DNA of 64,000 nucleotides from Octopus sinensis. Lineage: Eukaryota. Positions 53,079 to 64,000 of this stretch are shown piece after piece (within the stretch, counting starts at the first letter, position 1; every line of letters starts with the position of its first letter). The stretch spans positions 51,894,001 through 51,958,000 of the forward strand of contig NC_043002.1 of assembly GCF_006345805.1 (NCBI RefSeq), in the 5' to 3' direction. A program made the position numbers and the translations under genes. The notes beneath the pieces were generated by a model. It saw only the letters and a list, made by a program, of their open reading frames with translations, was not told the DNA's origin and did not search any database.

Positions 53079-54183
53079 TCGAAAGTTTTGTTTTTATAAT
53101 ATATATATATATAATATATATATATTTATATATATAATATATACATACACACACAAACACACACACACACACACACACACGTGCTCTAGTGGGTGGACAG
53201 TAAAAGAAAGCGTTACTCAACATATTTGGAAAGTATTACGTTTATTTAATGACAGTTTGAATCAAATCCATATGACTTAAAATTTCGTGAACACCAAGTA
53301 CGAACCTATCAAGTCAGATATCCATCAATACATATATATGATTGTAATTTTATATTTAGATTTCAGTATCTTCGATTGCATAAATATATTTCAATTCCAA
53401 CGCGCAGATACTTTACAACAGGCCCTAATACGTCTCAAGTCGCTTATCTTCGTAAAGAACACCGACTTCAGAGGTATTCACTCCAGTAGCTTACCTAGTC
53501 TGAGGCATTGCCCGTGGACACGAACACAAAAAGTGTGTGTAGCGGAATGCTGGAAGTACACAATGTATGTATGCAATAAATATTTCGTATAACGAAAAAA
53601 ATTGAGGGTTTTGAACTTCGTACGCTAGGATTACCCGGCACATGCCAACGCACTACCACCTATGTAAGTGTCGATGTGCGTATATATATGTGTGTATGTG
53701 TGTGTTTGTATGTGTGTTTGTGCGCACGCGAATATATTTTCGTCCTTCTATGCGTGCGTAATTATAGCACAAAACTAAAACACAGGTGTCGAAAAATGTT
53801 AAGGAAAGAAAAACGAGTTGAATTCCCGATCATCACATTCAATTTTGGATGACGTACGTATTGTGTTAGCGTACAAGGAAAATGCACAAATAAATAGACA
53901 AATGTACTCGAAAACAAGCACAACTTTTAGCATGTGTGTGTGTGAGTGTGTGTGTGAGTGTGTGAGTGTGTGTGAGTGTGTGTGTGCGTGTGTAATGCTT
54001 CGTTGACAGCGAATTTTCACGCAACTCACACGCAATTGAGTTCGTATTTTGTTTTGCTTCTTGAAAGCGTAAATTTGATCTTGCAATACGTAAACTCGGT
54101 ACGTCTAACGTATTCGTGCATGTACATACATGTATTATATATATATATATATATATGTAATATATATATATATATATATAATA

Positions 54184-54217
<34 letters not shown>

Positions 54218-54246
54218 ATAATAGATGGATGGATGGATGATGGATG

Positions 54247-54327
<81 letters not shown>

Positions 54328-54719
54328 CGTTATATTGTATACATATACATATGGGTGTGTGTGTGTGTGTTTGTGTCTATGTATATTTAGTACGACTTTC
54401 TCAGGAATTTCTCTTCTCTATCATGTGAAATGTTAGATTAGAAAATAAATGCAACGCACAATGAATAAGAAACAATGTCAAAGTAAGAAATAAATTAGCC
54501 CCTTCGTTCATTCATATATGTATGTATGCATGTATGTATGTGTAAAGTCTTATTTACTTGCGGTAGAAACCTATATACTCGGACCGATGCTCACGGTCCT
54601 ATCATCTTGTTTTCTAGTGTAGTTGCGAGAATCCATCAGCGTTGACGTTTCGACAATCACATCAGTGGCTGCGGTGGCAGTAGACGTAATAAGAGAGGTG
54701 ATACTGTTGCAGTGCTAAT

Positions 54720-54819
54720 NNNNNNNNNNNNNNNNNNNNNNNNNNNNNNNNNNNNNNNNNNNNNNNNNNNNNNNNNNNNNNNNNNNNNNNNNNNNNNNNN
54801 NNNNNNNNNNNNNNNNNNN
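54720..54819. other. Assembly gap (100 N)
   Basis: Run of exactly 100 N. Confidence 0.99.
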
Positions 54820-57316
54820 AGTTTAAACAACCATTTGTGTGTATCGCAACATGTAGCTACACTGGTTCTGGCACAACTATACAGCTGCATATAGCGACGG
54901 AATAAAAGCTTCTCTAAGCAAACAAACTCTAGACTTTTTTTAAAGAAATCTACAAGTCCGTCTACGAGTACTGTGAATCAGCGATCGCATCTACAAGTGA
55001 TGGTTTGTGCGCGAGTCTAGTGCGAATGAATGAAACGATTCATGAAATGATTATTTAATAAAATATTTCTTTTATTATAAATGATCTGACATTTCTTTTA
55101 ATTACATAAAATATTCTTTACATTCCACTGTGTTTTATTGCATTTATTTATGAGTATTATACATTTTTAGGTAAAATACTTTTCTGGGAACGAATTACGA
55201 TTTATGACATTGCTACTATGAGAAATTATTGCTCTGCTTTACGAGTTTTCGCTATATAAGCGGTCTCGGGAACCAAATTAAACACGTATATCGAGGCATT
55301 ACTGTACTTCAGAGGTCTGAACAAAATGTTACTTTAACCGTACCAGAACCTATCATGCAAGAAACGAATTTCAAAACTGCAGTATGAAATCTTTAGAAAC
55401 AGAAAGTATCAAAAGATGTGGCGGGCAACACAGCAGCAAATAGAAAAACAGCCTGAGAACAATCTGGGGCAACAAAAAATATGTTGTCAGCGGGGAAAAG
55501 TACGGCGCAGTAGAGATGAGAGTTCCTACTGATGATAAGATCAAGAAACGCTCCATAGCCTCCTAAGGAGGATGAACTGGCCTTTAAACTAATTTACCTG
55601 GTCGCAGTTGTAGTAAAAAAAGAGACCGGTCAAGTTTCTTTTCTTCCTCTGGATTTATTTTCTTAGACCACTGGTATCGAAGGGGGTCGCAGCAACTAAA
55701 CCCTCCCCCGGTTTTTACGGCCTTCCGCAACCATTTTTTCTCAGTTATTAAGTAAGATGTGGAACAATGACAGAGTTTTATTCATCGAGTCGCAGTCTTA
55801 TTCATCGAGTCACAGAACTGTCCCTTAGATGCACCCCTTAGATGACTGTCTACAAATGCAGAAAGAGGATTTGTTTGCGTATTCTCATGGCATTTTAAAA
55901 ATTATCTCCCAGCTAATAGAGTTGATGAGTTGATGCTTTTCAAACTTGGTTTGTTGGTGATATAATATTACACGTATATATACATATATACATTTATTTC
56001 TTTAATTATATACATACATACATACATATATATATATATATCCGTGTGTGGTGTGTTGTGTGTGTGTGTGTGTGTGTGTGTGTACATATGTATATACATT
56101 CATACATAGTATTAAAACAGAGAAAATCTATATGGTATTTTATGCATTATAAAACATACACTTGTTTCGTCAAATTACTACCAAGATTACATATTTGCAT
56201 CGTGAAACAATATATAACCTTGTTAAATCACATCTATAGCAATACATACAGACAGACACACATATGGAGAGAGAGGAGAGAGAGACCATGTGTGTCAACA
56301 AAAGAGGTAGACCACAATATCGTGGAAACAAAGGACTATATTTATTGAATGGTACAGTAATGGAGACTCACATACAGAGCTTCAAGTTTCTGCAGCAACG
56401 ATACAATGACCATAGCATTTCTTCAGCTGTCGTGAATCTCGTGCCCGTAACACCATCAATTACAGCCATAAGGAAGAAGCCGACAATGACTTTGAAGTTC
56501 CAATTTATTAAACATCATACCATCAGATATGCATGTACAGACACATGACGGCTTGCGAACCGAAACTTCGATATCTCTGTCACTTTCCCTTGTAAAAATT
56601 AAATATGGCACTCTGCTACAAACTATGGAGTGACACTGGTTTATAACTTCACATAAAAACGAACATTAATACATACATATATATGGGTGTCTATGTGTGC
56701 TTCATATATATAAATTGATTTCCGTATTCACTTCTTACATAGACATGCATACACATGCAAATGAGCAGCAATAAAATGTAGTCAAAGAACGGTCAAAATA
56801 AAGAAGCTTAAACACACACACATACAGACACAACCAAATAAACAGATGAGTAAAATTAATATAAAGGCACAGTATTCATAAAGTTGTATAAGTAATAACT
56901 TCGGATTAAGATTCTGATAACAAAGCAAATTTGTAAAAATTCAGGATTTCTAATATTTTTTGTTGCATTGTTAATTTAGTTTTCTTCTAGTTTAGTCACC
57001 TGTTGTTAACAATAGGAGCCTTATTAGTTTTACTGAAATGTGCTCGGCTTTTGGAAATGAGGGACAAAAAGATAGAGTAAATACACATATGCACACACAT
57101 GTATGTGTGTGTGTGTGTGTGTATTTATATATGACAAGAGATCGATGGGTAGATACATAACAATAACATCATCATCATCATCACTATCCTCACCAATACC
57201 ATCAACAATAATGACAATGTTAATAATAAACGCTAACATAAGGGAAACACAAACTGAATACTTACTTGTAAACCCATACAAACAAACGTATGTATAGAGG
57301 ATATATGTGTGTGTGT

Positions 57317-57356
<40 letters not shown>

Positions 57357-57902
57357 AGGTTGAAAAGGAACACACGAGTTGATATGTATAAGGAAAATAT
57401 GACCGGGTAGAAAATGCTAAAATGATTGTATCATGAAGAACATTTTAGTACCGGTTTCAGTCTTTGCGACTTTTTTCAACTTGCATGAAAAACAAATTAG
57501 GGAAAAATTAAATGAAATGTTTTTTAAAAATATTTCCATAGTTTTCAATTGCAAGGGACATTTTCATTTTTTTTTCTGTCTGTCTCTGTCTCTCTTTATT
57601 ATTTTTGTGAGGGCTTAGTAGTAGGTATCAAGTAGTAGCAGACCTAATATTTGATATGAGCTCTTGGTTTTGATTGTTTAAGCAGCAGTAGTACCTGAGG
57701 AAGGAGGCGGCGAAGAAGAAGAAGAATGCGGGAGTTTTATAACAATAGTAGGTTGGTGAAATCCTCTTAAATGGTCAAGTGACCTAAAAGTGACCCGTTG
57801 TGGTTGTAATAGTAGTGATAGGAATTGTTCTGAATATATCGTTTTTAATATTTGTATGGCCCTTGTAGTAGTGTCATTTGTGGTACTATTATTTACTGAT
57901 GT

Positions 57903-57933
<31 letters not shown>

Positions 57934-57934
<1 letters not shown>

Positions 57935-58313
57935 AAGAACATGATAATCAGTATAGCGTGTGGCAGTGACAACAGGATGAATATGAAAGAAGAAGAAAAA
58001 TAAACTATGACGATTTGAAGTGGGAAATACGAAGGTTGTGGTCAATGAGGAGAGTAGACGTGTTACCAACAGGAATTGGTGCACTTGGAAGTATCAGCGC
58101 TCAACTACCAACATGGCTGAAAAAGACTGGTGCAAGTGTGAAGGTAGAACATCTACAAAAATCAGCATTGCTTGGAAATGCAAGAATTCTTTGCAGGGTT
58201 CTTGAAACATGACCAATAAACAAGTGTCACCTTAGTCAATTGGCTGTAGACAGCTGACACTTTCCATCATACCCAGCACTATAAGCTGTGAGTTTTCATA
58301 AAATAATAATAAT
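57934..58313 (+). mobile_element. R4/Dong-clade non-LTR retrotransposon 3' end (restriction-like endonuclease)
   Basis: MIISIACGSDNRMNMKEEEK..YDDLKWEIRRLWSMRRVDVLPTGIGALGSISAQLPTWLKK...LQKSALLGNARILCRVL; ends in (TAA)n and is preceded by (TAG)n. Confidence 0.85.
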
Positions 58314-58317
58314 GAAC

Positions 58318-58530
58318 CTTTCTACTTAAGGCACAAGGCCTGAAATTTTGGAGAAGAGACCATTTGATTATATAGACCCCAGTGCTGGACTGGTACCTAA
58401 TTTATCGACTCCGAAAGGATGAAAGGCAAAGCCAACCTCAGCGGAATTTGAACTCAGAAGATAGGGACAGGCGAAATGATGTTAGGGATTTAGCCCGGCG
58501 TGCTAACGAGTCTGCCAACTCGCCGCCTTA
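58318..58530 (-). mobile_element. SINE family A
   Basis: CTTTCTACTTAAGGCACAAGGCC...GCCAACTCGCCGCCTT, followed by (TAA)n. Confidence 0.8.
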
Positions 58531-58546
58531 AATAATAATGATGATG

Positions 58547-58622
<76 letters not shown>

Positions 58623-58819
58623 AAACATATATACATGCATGCATACATACATATGCATATTTATATGTGTGCGTAGACACACATACACTTACACACGCAC
58701 AGACAATACACACACAATCAGACGCGAGCGTAAGTACGTATACATATATTATGTGTATATATACACCCACACGTTTATATATATATACATATGCATGCAC
58801 ACACACACACAACATACAC

Positions 58820-58881
<62 letters not shown>

Positions 58882-59676
58882 ATATATATACAATATATAC
58901 ACACACATGCATATATATATATACAAATGTATATACATGTTTATATGTGTGTATATACATATATTATGCATACCTACCCAACCTACCCACCTATCTACAT
59001 ACAAAAATACACATGCACACGTGCATATATACGTACATATACATATATAATATATATGCATATATTTATACATATATATATATACACATATATACATATA
59101 CACACATATTCAGATATATATATATATATACATATACATGTGTATGTATATCTGTGTGTATATATATATACATATATTATCCATACCTACCTACATACAT
59201 ACAACATACATACATACATACATACATACTACATACTCACCTATCTATATACACAAATACATACCTACAAGCTTACGTAGATGCTTATACATTGAAAGCA
59301 GAGTTAGCGTCTGAAGTGTGCAGTGTTATTCCAGAATGGTTGTCTGTGATATGTTGCCACGTCATATATAATCAAACACATTAAGCTCATCTAGACTTCC
59401 GGGAGACGTTAAGTTGATAAGATCGGCATCTGTCCAGATAGCAAAACGGCTTCGTACTACTTACGTGAGTGAGAAGCATTAAGGCTGTGTGTGTCCCTAT
59501 GTGCGAACTACTCACGGGTATATGTGTGTGTATGTGTGTATGTGTGTGTGTGTGTGTGCTCGTACGTGTACGGTGTGTGTTTGTGCAGGTGTATGGGGTT
59601 AATTCATACATATTTGTGTTACACATATATGATTTTGTATGTTCCTGCTTGTGTGTGGAAGGGTATATGTGTGTAT

Positions 59677-59726
<50 letters not shown>

Positions 59727-60030
59727 TTATATATATACATGTGTGCATGTATATATATATGTGTGTGTGTGCGTGCGTGTGTGTATAAGTGTGTGTGTTT
59801 ATAGAGGCATATGTATATATATACACACACCCAAACACATATATATAGAAAAATAAATAAATATGTACATTCGTGAATTCATGTATTATACATATTGTTA
59901 CAAATGGTTGTATGAACATATATATGTATATAGAATAAAGATGGTCTTTGTTCGATGCACGTATGTATGTATGTGTGTGTGAGTTTATATATGAAGATAT
60001 GTGTGTATATGTAATATATATAATACACAA

Positions 60031-60071
<41 letters not shown>

Positions 60072-60294
60072 CTATATATACAAATACATATATGTAATTA
60101 AACATATTCACCTGTATATATATATATATATATATATATACATACATAACACATTTATGCATATACTTATGTATATTGTATGTATCAATAATTCACATAA
60201 ATTAGACGATATACTCTCCACCATATACTGAGTACTCTTTTTCTCTTTTGTTGATAAATTGCTGCATTTAAATATATATATTTTAACACATATA

Positions 60295-60346
<52 letters not shown>

Positions 60347-60348
<2 letters not shown>

Positions 60349-60876
60349 AAATGTCCCTTGTTCCCTTCTAGGGCATTAGCCATCAGTGATCTCACTCAAC
60401 TCATTCTTCTCCTGGGTCTTCCTCCAACCCACTTGTTTCATCCAGATCTTACCCCTTCTCTCTCCAGATCACATCAGCAAGAACTCTTTGGCGTCCCTCT
60501 CTTCTCTTTGTCCTGGTGAATGGGCCACCTCGTAAGGATGTGGGGCTTTCTAAGACGGGTGCGTTAAACCAAGTAACACTTACTTCGATTGATCCTTCCG
60601 AATTTGTTCCCACAAAACCATGTTTCTCATCTGCTTTGACCAATAGATTTTGAGTATCTTCTTGAGATAGTGGTCAATAAAGGTTTGAATCTTCTCTAGA
60701 GTGGCTTTTGTATATCTCCTGCTCTTTACTCCATACAGTAAGATTGATTTCATCTTTGAACTGAATATGTGGATCTTAGTATTTTTGTGAATGAGACTCG
60801 AGTTCCAGATATTCTTCAACAGGAAAAATGCGACTTGTACTTTGCCGCTTATCTCGTCGATTTTTCCACGGCTCAA
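60347..60876 (-). mobile_element. RTE-clade LINE fragment (RT C-terminus)
   Basis: KVQVAFFLLKNIWNSSLIHKNTKIHIFSS..KSILLYG...KIQTFIDHYLKKILKIYW...N..LWE; downstream GHTLRK/GTPK-like motifs in shifted frames. Confidence 0.85.
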
Positions 60877-60988
60877 CTATTTGAGCCGTAGCCACTGTGT
60901 CAAAAAACCTTGATATGCCTCTCAGTTCGCTGTGATGAATTGGCAGTCATACGCACGTCCACACTTACAAATATGTATGTGTGTGTGT

Positions 60989-61038
<50 letters not shown>

Positions 61039-61225
61039 TGTGTGTGTGCGTGCGTGTACCGATGAATTATACATATATATGTGTATGTATGAATGTGGGT
61101 AAGTATGTGCAGATACTTACACATTCAGAAAGTATAGATAGATACGTACACATACACACACACACATACGAACACATATATTTATATGTACACAGTCACA
61201 GAAACACACACACACGCACACAACG

Positions 61226-61261
<36 letters not shown>

Positions 61262-61322
61262 GTTATGCTTATTATTTGTCGATGCTCGTAAAAAATATAG
61301 AAATATGTACATGTTCATATGT

Positions 61323-61369
<47 letters not shown>

Positions 61370-61967
61370 TAAATTTGTTTGTGTGTGTGTCTGATACATG
61401 TTAATGTATTTATGTTTTTATGGCTCCATGTTCCTGTATTTATGTATGCATGAGAGCGCGAGATGTCTGTGCTTTATATACATATATATATATATGTGTG
61501 TGTGTGTGCCATTGTGTATGCATGTGTTTGCCCGAGTGTGATCTTTCAGAGAATCTGTAAGATCTTGTAATATTTTTAACTAATAGACAATTGTCTGTTT
61601 TTCTTTCCCTATATCGGGTGATGTTTTGTTAAACTGGAACAATCCATTTTTGATATTGGGATGTGAAATTAATTGGCGATTAGGGAAAATCCAGACATAA
61701 TGGATACGCTCTCCTCCGCTCTCTCCCTCTCTCTCTCTCTCTCTTTCTCTCTCTACCATTCTATCTGTCTATCAGTCTATCTACCTATCTATCTATCTCT
61801 TTCGCCCTCCCTTTTCTTCTCTATTTATCTCTCATACACACATGCACGCCACTATGTTCACTTGCACATTCAATTAGTTAGGAATGAGAGAACTGTTTGT
61901 AATGGGCGTGGGTGCAAAAATATGAGCCATCACTATCACTTCTATAAATACAATAGCAAAACAAAAT

Positions 61968-61993
61968 ATAATAATAATGATTATAATAATAAT

Positions 61994-62024
<31 letters not shown>

Positions 62025-62105
62025 TAATAATAATAATGATAATAATAATAATAATAATAATAATGACGATGATAATAATAATAATAATGAATAATAATGA
62101 CGATG

Positions 62106-62154
<49 letters not shown>

Positions 62155-62156
62155 CG

Positions 62157-62214
<58 letters not shown>

Positions 62215-62252
62215 CGATGATAAAATAGTATAATAATAATAATAAGACGATG

Positions 62253-62288
<36 letters not shown>

Positions 62289-62303
62289 TACTAATTGATG
62301 ATG

Positions 62304-62358
<55 letters not shown>

Positions 62359-62411
62359 CGATGATAATAATAATAATGATAATAATAATAATGACGATGA
62401 TAATAATAATG

Positions 62412-62442
<31 letters not shown>

Positions 62443-62444
62443 CG

Positions 62445-62476
<32 letters not shown>

Positions 62477-62489
62477 TATAATAATGGCG

Positions 62490-62529
<40 letters not shown>

Positions 62530-62531
62530 CG

Positions 62532-62588
<57 letters not shown>

Positions 62589-62618
62589 TAATAATAATGA
62601 CGATGATAATAATAGTAA

Positions 62619-62652
<34 letters not shown>

Positions 62653-62653
62653 G
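61968..62653. repeat. Long (TAA)n array with GAT/GAC interruptions
   Basis: Directly visible. Confidence 0.97.
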
Positions 62654-62794
62654 ATTGTAAGAATGATTAACAATAATCATGCTGGATTATGGCGAGGAAT
62701 TCTTCACTTGCCACAAGGGCGCCAAATGGAAATAACTTTGCAAAAACAGTCAATAAAAAAATAATGGTTTTATTTTTAAAAAGAAGTGGTCGTG

Positions 62795-63345
62795 CTGGTC
62801 GTGGTGGCGGCGGCGGCGTCAGTGCTGGTAGTGGTGTTGCTAGTGGTGATGGTGGTGGTGGTAGTGGTTTTGGTGGTGGTGGTAGTGGTTTTGGTGGTGG
62901 TGGTGGTGGTGGTGGTAGTGATGCTGGTGCTGGTGATGGTACTGGTGTCGGTGCTTGTGGTGGTGATGCTGCTGTGATGACACTTGTAGCTATGGTGGTG
63001 GCGATGGCGACGCTGCTGCTGCTGGGGATAGTACTTGTGGTGCTGGGGCAAATGCCAGTGGGGCTGGGGCTGGCTCTGGTAGTGGTGATGGTCGTCGTCG
63101 TTATTAACTTTATTAAGGTGATGGTGATGATGATGACGACGAAGACGAAGATGATGATGATGATGATGACGACGACGAAGATGAAGATGATGATGATGAT
63201 GATGTTGATGGTGATGATGATGACGACGAAGATGATGATGATGATGACGACGAAGACGAAGATGATGATGATGATGGATGATGATGATGTTGATGATGAT
63301 GATGATGATGATGATGATGACGACCATGACCACAATGACCATGAC
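62795..63345. repeat. Mosaic (GGT)n/(GAT)n/(GAC)n trinucleotide region
   Basis: Directly visible. Confidence 0.9.
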
Positions 63346-63454
63346 AAATCTTGTAAATTTCTCTTAACTGTTTCGTTCGAATCTATCAAAAGTATATTTT
63401 TAAAATGGTATTTTTTTAAAAAACCAAATTTAGCTTTACTTACAATTTGGTCGA

Positions 63455-63870
63455 ATATATTTTCAAAATCGTTCCCTCCTCTTTTGATACGCCCATCTTA
63501 ACAAAGAGTTAGGGTCCGGTTTTGGAACACATTCTCAAGGGCAGTGCGCAGGTCACCTAGCGAATTCTCTTCGATCTTCTCAACCGTCTGACATCAGTGA
63601 GCTGTCAGATGCGGGTCGGCGGATTTTGTAGGACAAAACACTCTGTAGATTCCAAATCCGAAAAGCATGACAGCCGAAGAAAGAGTATCGTCGTCTACTC
63701 TATCAAAAAAATTACGTGTTAGGGGTGTTGCATGAGTAGGTGCGATGTCGATGGGCAACATCCAAGTTTTGTACATCTGTCCGTAGGCCTTCTTCAGAAA
63801 GTTTTCGCCAATCAGACAGCAGCTTCTTACTGATGAGAATTCAGTTTTCTTTTTTGTAAAACTGTTAGCA
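63455..63870 (-). mobile_element. Mariner transposase fragment (catalytic C-terminus)
   Basis: Minus translation WMLPIDIAPTHATPLTRNFF...TVEKIEENSLGDLRT..EN.FQ...IKRGGNDFE resembles mariner W.LHHDNAPAH...TVEEIKENS...G.YFE. Confidence 0.6.
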
Positions 63871-64000
63871 AGTCGCAGCATAAATTTTGCAGCAACACGA
63901 AGTATATTTATCTTGACTGCAACCATGCTGGAAAACTGTCTTACAGGATCTAGTCGAAGAAAACAAACCCTGGGGCATATGTTTAAAGTTTGTCATTTTT

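Noticed and set aside
55525-55556. CTGATGA...GAAACGCTC on the plus strand
   Set aside because: No helix II, III or I pairing.
58528-60231. Many 100-210 aa YI/HT/CV-rich ORFs here and at 15.8-16.5, 41.3-43.0 and 51.5-53.0 kb
   Set aside because: Dinucleotide and tetranucleotide microsatellites lack stop codons in some frames.
62667-63501. Long Gly/Met/His/Thr-rich ORFs (188-270 aa)
   Set aside because: Translations of GGT/GAT/GAC trinucleotide mosaics, open in several frames on both strands; no coding signature.

Overview
This is AT-rich eukaryotic, non-genic DNA. It is very probably from an Octopus (coleoid cephalopod) genome, inferred from the recurrent tRNA-headed SINE families (including CORE-SINEs resembling octopus OR1/OR2) and the very high density of (TA)n/(CA)n/(TATG)n/(TAGA)n/(TAA)n microsatellites. 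I could not confidently identify any host protein-coding exon; almost all ORFs in the supplied track are microsatellite or repeat translations. The window is a transposon graveyard. DNA elements: three Tc1/mariner transposase relics plus one fragment (a full-length TIR-to-TIR mariner, a Tc3-like element, a DD36E Tc1-like element, a partial mariner), MITEs and a non-autonomous Helitron. Retroelements: LINE 3' fragments of RTE, CR1-like, HERO and R4/Dong type, and several Penelope-like element (PLE) relics. There is one 100-N gap. The most interesting signal is a set of minimal type-I hammerhead ribozyme motifs from several sequence-distinct PLE-type families. They lie in head-to-head inverted structures: a perfect 428-bp palindrome at 45881-46308 whose centre holds a hammerhead with a compensatory U3-A8 core, and an inverted pair at 50678-51367. 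A third, degenerate motif sits in the inverted part of a GIY-YIG-containing PLE at 16290-16769. Also notable are a SINE-LINE chimera carrying four tandem copies of a 108-bp RT segment with different junctions, and a SINE dimer with a fixed junction seen at three loci. All homology calls come from manual translation and motif recognition, not database searches.
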